Shown: positions 54,803 through 64,000 of the stretch, piece by piece | Position numbering within the stretch: the first letter of the stretch is position 1 | Layout of the letters: every line of letters starts with the position of its first letter | Assembly: GCF_988243305.1 (NCBI RefSeq) | Contig: NZ_OZ547138.1 | Origin: a plasmid | DNA length: 64,000 nt | Strand: one strand, 5' to 3' | Notes under the pieces: generated by a model | The model's input: only the letters and a program-made list of their open reading frames with translations | What the model was told of the DNA's origin: nothing | Database searches by the model: none | Translations under genes and position numbers: made by a program

Positions 54803-55622
54803 GGCACTGTTGCAAATAGTCGGTGGTGATAAACTTATCATCCCCTTTTGCTGATGGAGCTGCACATGAACCCATTCAAAGGCCGGCATTTTCAGCGTGA
54901 CATCATTCTGTGGGCCGTACGCTGGTACTGCAAATACGGCATCAGTTACCGTGAGCTGCAGGAGATGCTGGCTGAACGCGGAGTGAATGTCGATCACTCC
55001 ACGATTTACCGCTGGGTTCAGCGTTATGCGCCTGAAATGGAAAAACGGCTGCGCTGGTACTGGCGTAACCCTTCCGATCTTTGCCCGTGGCACATGGATG
55101 AAACCTACGTGAAGGTCAATGGCCGCTGGGCGTATCTGTACCGGGCCGTCGACAGCCGGGGCCGCACTGTCGATTTTTATCTCTCCTCCCGTCGTAACAG
55201 CAAAGCTGCATACCGGTTTCTGGGTAAAATCCTCAACAACGTGAAGAAGTGGCAGATCCCGCGATTCATCAACACGGATAAAGCGCCCGCCTATGGTCGC
55301 GCGCTTGCTCTGCTCAAACGCGAAGGCCGGTGCCCGTCTGACGTTGAACACCGACAGATTAAGTACCGGAACAACGTGATTGAATGCGATCATGGCAAAC
55401 TGAAACGGATAATCGGCGCCACGCTGGGATTTAAATCCATGAAGACGGCTTACGCCACCATCAAAGGTATTGAGGTGATGCGTGCACTACGCAAAGGCCA
55501 GGCCTCAGCATTTTATTATGGTGATCCCCTGGGCGAAATGCGCCTGGTAAGCAGAGTTTTTGAAATGTAAGGCCTTTGAATAAGACAAAAGGCTGCCTCA
55601 TCGCTAACTTTGCAACAGTGCC
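54803..55622 (+). mobile_element. IS26 (copy 2, 820 bp, inverted relative to copy 1)
   Basis: IRs at 54803-54816 and 55609-55622. Flanking 8-mers (aggtcgaa / ggattgaa) differ, so there is no TSD. Confidence 0.97.
54866..55570 (+). CDS. tnp26: IS26 transposase Tnp26 (Gly at residue 184)
   Basis: 234 aa, identical to copy 1 except KRIIGATLGF. Confidence 0.97.
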   Translation: MNPFKGRHFQRDIILWAVRWYCKYGISYRELQEMLAERGVNVDHSTIYRWVQRYAPEMEKRLRWYWRNPSDLCPWHMDETYVKVNGRWAYLYRAVDSRGRTVDFYLSSRRNSKAAYRFLGKILNNVKKWQIPRFINTDKAPAYGRALALLKREGRCPSDVEHRQIKYRNNVIECDHGKLKRIIGATLGFKSMKTAYATIKGIEVMRALRKGQASAFYYGDPLGEMRLVSRVFEM

Positions 55623-55691
55623 GGATTGAATATAACCGACGTGACTGTTACATTTAGGTGGCTAAACCCGTCAAGCCCTCAGGAGTGAATC

Positions 55692-56597
55692 ATGACCGTA
55701 GTCACGACCGCCGATACCTCCCAACTGTACGCACTTGCAGCCCGACATGGGCTCAAGCTCCATGGCCCGCTGACTGTCAATGAGCTTGGGCTCGACTATA
55801 GGATCGTGATCGCCACCGTCGACGATGGACGTCGGTGGGTGCTGCGCATCCCGCGCCGAGCCGAGGTAAGCGCGAAGGTCGAACCAGAGGCGCGGGTGCT
55901 GGCAATGCTCAAGAATCGCCTGCCGTTCGCGGTGCCGGACTGGCGCGTGGCCAACGCCGAGCTCGTTGCCTATCCCATGCTCGAAGACTCGACTGCGATG
56001 GTCATCCAGCCTGGTTCGTCCACGCCCGACTGGGTCGTGCCGCAGGACTCGGAGGTCTTCGCGGAGAGCTTCGCGACCGCGCTCGCCGCCCTGCATGCCG
56101 TCCCCATTTCCGCCGCCGTGGATGCGGGGATGCTCATCCGTACACCGACGCAGGCCCGTCAGAAGGTGGCCGACGACGTTGACCGCGTCCGACGCGAGTT
56201 CGTGGTGAACGACAAGCGCCTCCACCGGTGGCAGCGCTGGCTCGACGACGATTCGTCGTGGCCAGATTTCTCCGTGGTGGTGCATGGCGATCTCTACGTG
56301 GGCCATGTGCTCATCGACAACACGGAGCGCGTCAGCGGGATGATCGACTGGAGCGAGGCCCGCGTTGATGACCCTGCCATCGACATGGCCGCGCACCTTA
56401 TGGTCTTTGGTGAAGAGGGGCTCGCGAAGCTCCTCCTCACGTATGAAGCGGCCGGTGGCCGGGTGTGGCCGCGGCTCGCCCACCACATCGCGGAGCGCCT
56501 TGCGTTCGGGGCGGTCACCTACGCACTCTTCGCCCTCGACTCGGGTAACGAAGAGTACCTCGCTGCGGCGAAGGCGCAGCTCGCCGCAGCGGAATGA
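55692..56597 (+). CDS. mph(A): Macrolide 2'-phosphotransferase Mph(A)
   Basis: 301 aa starting MTVVTTADTSQLYALAARHGLKLHGPLTVNELGLDYRIVIATV. High GC. Standard IS26-mph(A) junction. Confidence 0.93.
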   Translation: MTVVTTADTSQLYALAARHGLKLHGPLTVNELGLDYRIVIATVDDGRRWVLRIPRRAEVSAKVEPEARVLAMLKNRLPFAVPDWRVANAELVAYPMLEDSTAMVIQPGSSTPDWVVPQDSEVFAESFATALAALHAVPISAAVDAGMLIRTPTQARQKVADDVDRVRREFVVNDKRLHRWQRWLDDDSSWPDFSVVVHGDLYVGHVLIDNTERVSGMIDWSEARVDDPAIDMAAHLMVFGEEGLAKLLLTYEAAGGRVWPRLAHHIAERLAFGAVTYALFALDSGNEEYLAAAKAQLAAAE

Positions 56598-57832
56598 GCG
56601 AACGTCGATATAGCCCGCTCGCGACGCTGTTCGCGGCGACCTTTCTCTTCCGGATCGGCAACGCGGTGGCGGCCCTCGCGCTTCCATGGTTCGTCCTGTC
56701 TCATACAAAGAGCGCGGCCTGGGCGGGCGCCACGGCCGCTAGCAGCGTCATCGCGACCATCATCGGCGCGTGGGTTGGTGGTGGCCTCGTCGATCGGTTC
56801 GGGCGCGCGCCCGTCGCATTGATCTCGGGTGTGGTGGGCGGCGTGGCCATGGCGAGCATCCCACTGCTCGATGCCGTTGGCGCCCTCTCGAACACTGGGC
56901 TGATCGCTTGCGTGGTGCTCGGTGCCGCGTTCGACGCACCCGGTATGGCCGCGCAGGACAGTGAGCTGCCCAAACTCGGCCACGTCGCCGGGCTCTCCGT
57001 TGAGCGCGTCTCGTCACTGAAAGCGGTGATCGGGAACGTCGCGATTCTAGGTGGCCCGGCCCTTGGGGGGGCCGCAATCGGCCTGCTTGGCGCTGCGCCA
57101 ACGCTCGGGCTGACGGCGTTCTGCTCCGTCCTTGCAGGTCTGCTCGGCGCGTGGGTGCTTCCCGCGCGTGCCGCTCGGACGATGACCACGACGGCGACTC
57201 TCTCCATGCGCGCCGGCGTCGCTTTTCTCTGGAGCGAACCCCTGCTGCGCCCTCTCTTTGGTATAGTGATGATCTTCGTGGGCATCGTTGGCGCCAACGG
57301 CAGCGTCATCATGCCTGCGCTGTTTGTAGATGCAGGACGCCAAGTAGCAGAGCTCGGGCTGTTCTCCTCAATGATGGGGGCTGGTGGTCTCCTTGGCATT
57401 GCCATTCATGCGTCGGTCGGCGCCCGGATATCAGCGCAGAACTGGCTGGCGGTGGCATTTTGTGGCTCTGCGGTGGGCTCGCTTCTGCTTTCACAGTTGC
57501 CAGGCGTGCCGGTGCTGATGTTGTTGGGCGCGCTCGTGGGACTGCTGACCGGCTCAGTCTCTCCCATTCTCAACGCTGCCATCTACAACCGCACGCCGCC
57601 AGAACTTCTCGGCCGGGTACTCGGCACGGTCTCGGCGGTGATGCTGTCAGCCTCGCCCATGGTTATGCTTGCGGCCGGCGCGTTTGTCGACCTTGCTGGT
57701 CCGCTCCCTGGCCTCGTTGTATCGGCCGTGTTTGCGGGGCTCGTGGCTCTACTCTCGCTCCGTCTTCAATTTGCTACAATGGCGGCGGCAGCCACAGCCT
57801 CCGCCCCAACCCATACAGAAGGTGAACACTGA
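56594..57832 (+). CDS. mrx: MFS-type membrane protein Mrx(A)
   Basis: 412-aa polytopic protein, overlapping the mph(A) stop. Canonical second gene of the mph(A) operon. Confidence 0.88.
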   Translation: MSERRYSPLATLFAATFLFRIGNAVAALALPWFVLSHTKSAAWAGATAASSVIATIIGAWVGGGLVDRFGRAPVALISGVVGGVAMASIPLLDAVGALSNTGLIACVVLGAAFDAPGMAAQDSELPKLGHVAGLSVERVSSLKAVIGNVAILGGPALGGAAIGLLGAAPTLGLTAFCSVLAGLLGAWVLPARAARTMTTTATLSMRAGVAFLWSEPLLRPLFGIVMIFVGIVGANGSVIMPALFVDAGRQVAELGLFSSMMGAGGLLGIAIHASVGARISAQNWLAVAFCGSAVGSLLLSQLPGVPVLMLLGALVGLLTGSVSPILNAAIYNRTPPELLGRVLGTVSAVMLSASPMVMLAAGAFVDLAGPLPGLVVSAVFAGLVALLSLRLQFATMAAAATASAPTHTEGEH

Positions 57833-58416
57833 TGCCCCGCCCCAAGCTCAAGTCCGATGACGAGGTACTCGAGGCCGCCACCGTAGTGCTGAAGCGTTGC
57901 GGTCCCATAGAGTTCACGCTCAGCGGAGTAGCAAAGGAGGTGGGGCTCTCCCGCGCAGCGTTAATCCAGCGCTTCACCAACCGCGATACGCTGCTGGTGA
58001 GGATGATGGAGCGCGGCGTCGAGCAGGTGCGGCATTACCTGAATGCGATACCGATAGGCGCAGGGCCGCAAGGGCTCTGGGAATTTTTGCAGGTGCTCGT
58101 TCGGAGCATGAACACTCGCAACGACTTCTCGGTGAACTATCTCATCTCCTGGTACGAGCTCCAGGTGCCGGAGCTACGCACGCTTGCGATCCAGCGGAAC
58201 CGCGCGGTGGTGGAGGGGATCCGCAAGCGACTGCCCCCAGGTGCTCCTGCGGCAGCTGAGTTGCTCCTGCACTCGGTCATCGCTGGCGCGACGATGCAGT
58301 GGGCCGTCGATCCGGATGGTGAGCTAGCTGATCATGTGCTGGCTCAGATCGCTGCCATCCTGTGTTTAATGTTTCCCGAACACGACGATTTCCAACTCCT
58401 CCAGGCACATGCGTAA
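57832..58416 (+). CDS. mphR(A): TetR-family macrolide-responsive repressor MphR(A)
   Basis: 194 aa with an N-terminal TetR HTH (FTLSGVAKEVGLSRAALIQRF). Confidence 0.9.
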   Translation: MPRPKLKSDDEVLEAATVVLKRCGPIEFTLSGVAKEVGLSRAALIQRFTNRDTLLVRMMERGVEQVRHYLNAIPIGAGPQGLWEFLQVLVRSMNTRNDFSVNYLISWYELQVPELRTLAIQRNRAVVEGIRKRLPPGAPAAAELLLHSVIAGATMQWAVDPDGELADHVLAQIAAILCLMFPEHDDFQLLQAHA

Positions 58417-58854
58417 ACGGAGGTGTGCAGAGTCCCTGCGGCAGGCGACGAACACGACCGTCGTCGATTAGTACCGGTACGGTCGGTGGTATCGAAGTCT
58501 TGATCACCACTCAGGTCTACGGCTTACAAATGGTGACCATCCCGATACTTGCGTCAGAGCACCGGGCCGATTCTTTGACAGTGAATCACTCCCGTAAGGT
58601 TGTGCCGGTGTGGGTGTCCCGGGTCGAGACGATACTCCGCCAATGCGCCCAGCAAACAACCTGGCCATCGCAGGTGGTGGGGAGCGGTGTGGCGGATGAG
58701 TTGGACAAGTTGGTGTAGCAGCACGAGCACGGCGAGATAACATCGCAGGAGTTCGACATGCTCAAGAGACAGCTGATTGCGAATCGCGATGCAGATTCAT
58801 AACCCGATTGCGGGTTGGCTTCACTCCACCATCACCGAGCAGACTAGCACGGCG

Positions 58855-59734
58855 GGCTCTGTTGCAAAGATTGGCGGCAGTCAGAGGTAGGCTGTCGCTC
58901 TGCGCCGATCAGGCGGCTGCTGCGAAATGGTGGTTGAGCATGCCCATGGCCTCCGTCAGCGCCGAGGGCCCAATGCCAAAAGCTCTCTCCACAAGGCGCA
59001 CCTCGCCCCTGATGCCGGGCTGCAGGCACCAGGGGCGAGCCTGTCCTTTGCGCAGGGCTCGCATGACTTCGAATCCCTTGATCGTGGCATAGGCCGTGGG
59101 GATCGATTTGAAACCGCGCACCGGCTTGATCAGTATCTTGAGCTTTCCGTGATCGGCCTCGATCACGTTATTGAGATACTTCACCTGCCGGTGGGCCGTC
59201 TCCCGGTCCAGCTTTCCTTCGCGCTTCAATTCGGTGATCGCTGCACCATAGCTCGGCGCTTTGTCGGTATTGAGCGTGGCAGGCTTTTCCCAGTGCTTCA
59301 GGCCTCGCAGGGCCTTGCCCAGGAACCGCTTCGCTGCCTTGGCGCTGCGGGTCGGCGACAGGTAGAAATCGATCGTGTCGCCCCGCTTGTCGACTGCCCG
59401 GTACAGGTAGGTCCACTTGCCCCGCACCTTGACGTAGGTTTCATCCAGGCGCCAGCTCGGATCAAAGCCACGCCGCCAGAACCAGCGCAGCCGCTTCTCC
59501 ATCTCCGGGGCGTAGCACTGGACCCAGCGATAGATCGTCGTATGGTCGACCGAAATGCCGCGTTCCGCCAGCATTTCCTCAAGGTCGCGATAGCTGATCG
59601 GATAGCGACAATACCAGCGCACCGCCCACAGGATCACATCACCCTGGAAATGGCGCCACTTGAAATCCGTCATCGTTCCGTCCGTCCAATCTCCGCCAAG
59701 CATGCTCAAGCTTCACGATTTTTGCAACAGAGCC
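58855..59734 (-). mobile_element. IS6100 (880 bp)
   Basis: IRs GGCTCTGTTGCAAA at 58855-58868 and its complement at 59721-59734. The length is exactly 880 bp. Confidence 0.95.
58909..59673 (-). CDS. IS6100 transposase
   Basis: 254 aa from MTDFKWRHFQGDVILWAVRWYCRYPISYRDLEEML (IS6 family). The track start at 59709 is 12 codons too long. Confidence 0.93.
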   Translation of the reverse strand: MTDFKWRHFQGDVILWAVRWYCRYPISYRDLEEMLAERGISVDHTTIYRWVQCYAPEMEKRLRWFWRRGFDPSWRLDETYVKVRGKWTYLYRAVDKRGDTIDFYLSPTRSAKAAKRFLGKALRGLKHWEKPATLNTDKAPSYGAAITELKREGKLDRETAHRQVKYLNNVIEADHGKLKILIKPVRGFKSIPTAYATIKGFEVMRALRKGQARPWCLQPGIRGEVRLVERAFGIGPSALTEAMGMLNHHFAAAA

Positions 59735-59899
59735 CACACGAGTATTGAGCATAGTCGAGATTGGTGCAGATCACTTCTGATATTGAACTGTCAGGAGCTG
59801 GCTGCACAACAGCCATTACGCCCAATCAACTGGTGCAGTCGTCTTCTGAAAATGACAATCCAGTTAGGGTATAGCTCAACCTGACATAGAAGCAAAAAC

Positions 59900-60205
59900 T
59901 CAACCACCTTCTACCAACTCTCCGAACAGCTCCTTGACCTTTGTTTTCGCATCAGCAAGTGCAGTTCTGCCTTGTTCAGTGATGTCATAAACACGCCGTT
60001 CACGTCGCCCGGTGCGTTCGTGGCGTGAGGTCAGATAGCCTTTTTTTTCCAGGCCGTGCAGCATCGGGTACACGGTGCCAGCGCTCATCTCGTAGCCGTG
60101 TCGGCGTAGCTCTTCGATGATCCCCAGCCCAAAGACAGGTTCCTCGGCTGCATGGTGAAGGATGTGCAGGCGGATCAAACCGCCGTAGAGGTCTTTGTCA
60201 GTCAT
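59900..60205 (-). CDS. padR: PadR-family transcriptional regulator
   Basis: 101-aa winged-helix protein (GYEMSAGTVYPMLHGLEKKGYL) downstream of chrA. Confidence 0.85.
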   Translation of the reverse strand: MTDKDLYGGLIRLHILHHAAEEPVFGLGIIEELRRHGYEMSAGTVYPMLHGLEKKGYLTSRHERTGRRERRVYDITEQGRTALADAKTKVKELFGELVEGG

Positions 60206-60215
60206 TTTTTGTGCC

Positions 60216-61421
60216 TCACAGAGCGACGCTCAACAGCCACCCAGCTGCACCGCTACCGAGGACAACCAGCCACGGCGGGAGCTTCCAGAACATAAGTGCG
60301 ACAAGGGCAACTAATGCCAAGCCGAAGTCTTGCGGCTGAAAGATGGCGCTAGTCCATACAGGCTGATACAGCGCGGCCAGCAGCAAGCCGACTACAGCGG
60401 CATTGATCCCGGCCAGCGCAGCTTGGATGCCTGTATTGCGGCGCAAACGCTCCCAAAATGGCATTGATCCGACGACCAGCAAGAACGAGGGCGCGAAGAT
60501 AGCCAGCAGACACACAATGCCGCCGATCCAGCCCGACGGGGCGGTGTTCATCGAGGCACCAAGAAACGCGGCGAACGTGAACAAAGGGCCGGGCACCGCT
60601 TGAGCTGCCCCGTACCCCGCGAGAAAGGATTCATTGTTGACCCAGCCGGAGGGCACCACTTCGGCTTGCAGTAATGGCAGCACAACGTGACCACCGCCGA
60701 ACACCAGTGATCCGACACGATAGAAGGAATCCACCATTGCCATGGTTTGACTTGGCATCAGTTCGGCCAACACCGGCAGGCCAATCAGCAAGACAAAGAA
60801 CAGCGAGAGCCAAAGCACGCCGGCCCGGTGACTGACCGTGATAGGTAGGGGGTCATGCTCAACAACTTTCGCTGGCTTGAACAATAACCGGCCTGCGATG
60901 CCTGCGATAGCAATCACGCCAACCTGTCCCCACGCGGACGGCACAAGTAAAACGACGCAGGTAGCAATTGCCATGATGGTGACTCGCAGCCCATCCGTGC
61001 ATAGGTTACGCGCCATGCCCCATACTGCTTGAGCGACCACGGCCACAGCCACCACTTTTAAGCCATGCAACGCGCCCTGCGAGACGTAATCGCCATAGCT
61101 GGAGATGCCGAGCGCAAAAAGGATCAAGGCTATGGCAGACGGCAGCGTGAAGCCAGCCCAAGCAGCCAGCGCCCCGCTGTATCCAGCCCGAGACAGTCCT
61201 ACCGCTATGCCGACCTGGCTGCTTGCAGGCCCTGGCAAGAACTGACAAAGCGCGACCAAGTCAGCATAGCTCCGTTCGGAGAGCCAGCGCCGCCGTGTGA
61301 CAAATTCGGCGCGGAAGTAGCCCAAGTGCGCAATGGGGCCGCCAAAAGATGTCAATCCAAGCCGCAGAAAAATAAGAAAGACCGACCATGGTCTGCTGTC
61401 ATCGGTAGGGTTATTCGTCAT
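60216..61421 (-). CDS. chrA: Chromate ion transporter ChrA
   Basis: 401-aa polytopic protein with a duplicated CHR domain (FLRLGLTSFGGPIAHLGY… and …GSLVFGGGHVVLPLL). Confidence 0.9.
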   Translation of the reverse strand: MTNNPTDDSRPWSVFLIFLRLGLTSFGGPIAHLGYFRAEFVTRRRWLSERSYADLVALCQFLPGPASSQVGIAVGLSRAGYSGALAAWAGFTLPSAIALILFALGISSYGDYVSQGALHGLKVVAVAVVAQAVWGMARNLCTDGLRVTIMAIATCVVLLVPSAWGQVGVIAIAGIAGRLLFKPAKVVEHDPLPITVSHRAGVLWLSLFFVLLIGLPVLAELMPSQTMAMVDSFYRVGSLVFGGGHVVLPLLQAEVVPSGWVNNESFLAGYGAAQAVPGPLFTFAAFLGASMNTAPSGWIGGIVCLLAIFAPSFLLVVGSMPFWERLRRNTGIQAALAGINAAVVGLLLAALYQPVWTSAIFQPQDFGLALVALVALMFWKLPPWLVVLGSGAAGWLLSVAL

Positions 61422-61576
61422 ACTTTCGCCTTCATGATCTGCAACGAGTTGATCAATAATAAGCGAAATTCGATAACGAAATTCGATATAAATCTAGAAA
61501 AAAATACCTCTATGTGTACTACGCAGTTTTAGCTGTGGCTTTCACAGGAGCACGCTTACTTACGGCTTAGCGTGCT

Positions 61577-61780
61577 TTATTTTCCGTTTTCTGAGGCGAT
61601 CCCTAGGAGCTCGGATCTCAGGACGAAGGTCTCCGCGAATGTCCGGTCGATCCGCGCGACGTCCCAGGCGGGCGTTCCCTTGGCGGACATCCACGCCGCA
61701 GCGTCGTGCATCAGCCGCACAACCTCGTCGATATCACCCGAGCAGGCGACCCGAACGTTCGGAGGCTCCTCGCTGTCCAT
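61577..61780 (-). pseudogene. orf5: Truncated orf5 (GNAT acetyltransferase) of the class 1 integron 3'-CS
   Basis: MDSEEPPNVRVACSGDIDEVVRLMHDAAAWMSAKGTPAWDVARIDRTFAETFVLRSELL then diverges and stops at the chrA-module junction. Confidence 0.85.
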
Positions 61781-61907
61781 TCGCTCCCCTGGCGCGGTAT
61801 GAACCGCCGCCTCATAGTGCAGTTTGATCCTGACGAGCCCAGCATGTCTGCGCCCACCTTCGCGGAACCTGACCAGGGTCCGCTAGCGGGCGGCCGGAAG
61901 GTGAATG

Positions 61908-62747
61908 CTAGGCATGATCTAACCCTCGGTCTCTGGCGTCGCGACTGCGAAATTTCGCGAGGGTTTCCGAGAAGGTGATTGCGCTTCGCAGATCTCCAGG
62001 CGCGTGGGTGCGGACGTAGTCAGCGCCATTGCCGATCGCGTGAAGTTCCGCCGCAAGGCTCGCTGGACCCAGATCCTTTACAGGAAGGCCAACGGTGGCG
62101 CCCAAGAAGGATTTCCGCGACACCGAGACCAATAGCGGAAGCCCCAACGCCGACTTCAGCTTTTGAAGGTTCGACAGCACGTGCAGCGATGTTTCCGGTG
62201 CGGGGCTCAAGAAAAATCCCATCCCCGGATCGAGGATGAGCCGGTCGGCAGCGACCCCGCTCCGTCGCAAGGCGGAAACCCGCGCCTCGAAGAACCGCAC
62301 AATCTCGTCGAGCGCGTCTTCGGGTCGAAGGTGACCGGTGCGGGTGGCGATGCCATCCCGCTGCGCTGAGTGCATAACCACCAGCCTGCAGTCCGCCTCA
62401 GCAATATCGGGATAGAGCGCAGGGTCAGGAAATCCTTGGATATCGTTCAGGTAGCCCACGCCGCGCTTGAGCGCATAGCGCTGGGTTTCCGGTTGGAAGC
62501 TGTCGATTGAAACACGGTGCATCTGATCGGACAGGGCGTCTAAGAGCGGCGCAATACGTCTGATCTCATCGGCCGGCGATACAGGCCTCGCGTCCGGATG
62601 GCTGGCGGCCGGTCCGACATCCACGACGTCTGATCCGACTCGCAGCATTTCGATCGCCGCGGTGACAGCGCCGGCGGGGTCTAGCCGCCGGCTCTCATCG
62701 AAGAAGGAGTCCTCGGTGAGATTCAGAATGCCGAACACCGTCACCAT
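61908..62747 (-). CDS. sul1: Sulfonamide-resistant dihydropteroate synthase Sul1
   Basis: 279 aa from [23 protein letters not shown]. The track ORF start at 62834 is an over-extension. Confidence 0.95.
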   Translation of the reverse strand: MVTVFGILNLTEDSFFDESRRLDPAGAVTAAIEMLRVGSDVVDVGPAASHPDARPVSPADEIRRIAPLLDALSDQMHRVSIDSFQPETQRYALKRGVGYLNDIQGFPDPALYPDIAEADCRLVVMHSAQRDGIATRTGHLRPEDALDEIVRFFEARVSALRRSGVAADRLILDPGMGFFLSPAPETSLHVLSNLQKLKSALGLPLLVSVSRKSFLGATVGLPVKDLGPASLAAELHAIGNGADYVRTHAPGDLRSAITFSETLAKFRSRDARDRGLDHA

Positions 62748-63088
62748 GGCGTCGGCCTCCGCAGCGACTTCCACGATGGGGATCGGGCGAGCAAAAAGGC
62801 AGCAATTATGAGCCCCATACCTACAAAGCCCCACGCATCAAGCTTTTGCCCATGAAGCAACCAGGCAATGGCTGTAATTATGACGACGCCGAGTCCCGAC
62901 CAGACTGCATAAGCAACACCGACAGGGATGGATTTCAGAACCAGAGAAAGAAAATAAAATGCGATGCCATAACCGATTATGACAACGGCGGAAGGGGCAA
63001 GCTTAGTAAAGCCCTCGCTAGATTTTAATGCGGATGTTGCGATTACTTCGCCAACTATTGCGATAACAAGAAAAAGCCAGCCTTTCAT
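62741..63088 (-). CDS. qacEdelta1: Truncated SMR efflux protein QacEdelta1
   Basis: 115 aa: [27 protein letters not shown]…[13 protein letters not shown]. It overlaps the sul1 start, as in the 3'-CS. Confidence 0.95.
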   Translation of the reverse strand: MKGWLFLVIAIVGEVIATSALKSSEGFTKLAPSAVVIIGYGIAFYFLSLVLKSIPVGVAYAVWSGLGVVIITAIAWLLHGQKLDAWGFVGMGLIIAAFLLARSPSWKSLRRPTPW

Positions 63089-63190
63089 GATATATCTCCC
63101 AATTTGTGTAGGGCTTATTATGCACGCTTAAAAATAATAAAAGCAGACTTGACCTGATAGTTTGGCTGTGAGCAATTATGTGCTTAGTGC

Positions 63191-63247
63191 ATCTAACGCA
63201 TAGTTGAGCGGCGGGCGCAGCCCGTCCGCTTGAACGCCGAGTTAGGC
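63191..63247 (-). other. attC (59-be) of the aadA cassette at the cassette/3'-CS junction
   Basis: The minus strand has the inverse core GCCTAAC (63247-63241) and the core GTTAGAT (63197-63191), followed by the canonical 3'-CS start GCACTAAGCACATAATTGCTCACAGCC. Confidence 0.8.
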
Positions 63248-63293
63248 ATCAGATGCCCTCGGCGCGGGTCGATGCACTTTTCGCACATGCCGC

Positions 63294-64000
63294 TCAACGC
63301 AAGATTCTCTCAATCGTTGCTTTGGCATATCGAACGAACGCGGCCGTCTCTTCGACGCGCATTGCTAGGTCGTCGTCCTCGCTACCCAGGTACGCCGCGC
63401 GTGCCTTGCAGATGAGGGGCCGATGCTCGGCAGGCAAACGCTCCGATACCCATGCGGCAGCAACGTCCTTAGGAGCAATGAGACCAGTTGAAGCGCTGTA
63501 CCAAATGCGAGCAAGAGCAAGAACGACGTTCCGCTCGTCACCCTTCCAATCCGACTCTGCATTCCACTGGGCAATAGTGTCGAAAAGCGCCTTGGAGAAA
63601 TGCTCCTTCGGCACCGGCTCGAAAAACGTGGCTGCGGATGGGCCTAGAAGCGCAAGGCTGTGTTGCCTCGCCTTGGTCAGCAAAATCGCAAGATCGTGAT
63701 CCAGAACGGCAGGCTCGAACGTTCCGGAAAGGATGTCGTGGCGGAGCCACTCACCGAACTGAAGCTCACGCCGCGCCGGATAGCGCCAAGGCACTACTTC
63801 GCTTCGAGCGACAACAGTTAGCTCCAGCGGTCGCCATGTTCCGCCATCGCCTGGCGGTGATGAGACTTTCAGCAAATCGAGCATTAGCGCCTGCCGGAGC
63901 GAATCGTTAGGTGCGGCGCTGACGGTCACGAGCAAGTCTATGTCGCTGTCCGGCTTCAGCCCTCCATCGATCGCAGATCCGAACAGGTGGATTGTGTCCA
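63294..64000 (-). CDS. aadA5: Aminoglycoside (3'')(9) adenylyltransferase, aadA5-like, 5' end beyond window
   Basis: The frame reads …DTIHLFGSAIDGGLKPDSDIDLLVTVSAAPNDSLRQALMLDLLKVSS…RYAKATIERILR followed by a stop. The C-terminus and internal sequence match aadA5 from memory. The start codon lies outside the window. Confidence 0.8.
   Translation of the reverse strand, partial: DTIHLFGSAIDGGLKPDSDIDLLVTVSAAPNDSLRQALMLDLLKVSSPPGDGGTWRPLELTVVARSEVVPWRYPARRELQFGEWLRHDILSGTFEPAVLDHDLAILLTKARQHSLALLGPSAATFFEPVPKEHFSKALFDTIAQWNAESDWKGDERNVVLALARIWYSASTGLIAPKDVAAAWVSERLPAEHRPLICKARAAYLGSEDDDLAMRVEETAAFVRYAKATIERILR

Noticed and set aside
55671-57825. ORFs 55671-56708 (minus), 56701-57405 (minus), 57151-57825 (plus) and others in the mph(A)-mrx region
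   Set aside because: They are antisense or alternate-frame ORFs in about 65-70% GC DNA overlapping recognisable Mph(A)/Mrx coding frames.
58927-59748. 273-aa plus-strand ORF across IS6100
   Set aside because: It is antisense to the IS6100 transposase, which is clearly recognisable on the minus strand.

Overview
This window reads as a large piece of an IncI1-complex (ColIb-P9/R64-like) conjugative plasmid from Enterobacteriaceae, interrupted by IS26-bounded resistance DNA.

Left to right:
- Thin-pilus genes pilO-N-M-L on the minus strand.
- A low-GC islet of unknown membrane proteins, then a yqiJ/yqiK-like NfeD/flotillin pair.
- traC-position and traB (NusG-like) regulator genes.
- The Inc antisense RNA/repY/repZ replicon with a downstream DnaA box.
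- yacAB (RelB/ParD-type antitoxin with RelE/ParE-type toxin) plus the yacC DEDDh exonuclease.
- A FinO/ProQ-domain operon, a yagA-position gene, and colicin Ib with its immunity gene behind overlapping LexA boxes.
- IS26, then a qnrS1 module: a truncated ISKra4-family transposase, a truncated resolvase, qnrS1 and a decayed IS2-group element.
- A transposase-dead Tn3-family shell holding orf477-delta, blaCTX-M-15, a 99-bp ISEcp1 remnant and the blaTEM 3' end.
- A small ParA/RHH partition cassette with 8-bp iterons on both flanks, then impCAB.
- A leading region of about 16.5 kb: orphan methyltransferase, KlcA/ArdB-like protein, ssb, ParB-like protein, psiB, psiA, ardA, an Rpn nuclease and many unknown ORFs.
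- oriT-nikA-nikB, a TolA-domain-III-like lipoprotein and a truncated integrase.
- A second IS26 in inverted orientation, mph(A)-mrx-mphR, IS6100, padR-chrA, the class 1 integron 3'-CS (orf5 remnant, sul1, qacEdelta1) and aadA5 running off the right edge.

No rRNA, tRNA or CRISPR was seen.

The most interesting material:
1. The leading region is divided into units, each headed by a long hairpin-forming non-coding element. There are seven, in several sequence families. All are oriented for transcription off the transferred strand, and several drive genes of unknown function.
2. An Rpn nuclease carries an internal SD+ATG for a C-terminal mini-protein, and a free-standing paralog of that tail lies just downstream.
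3. A lipoprotein-anchored TolA domain III homolog follows nikB.
4. A FinO-domain operon with two unknown partners sits beside an antisense-RNA-controlled replicon.
5. Twin palindromes flank a 157-aa ORF.

All identifications come from reading the translations and DNA by eye and from memory of the protein families. No database search was possible.
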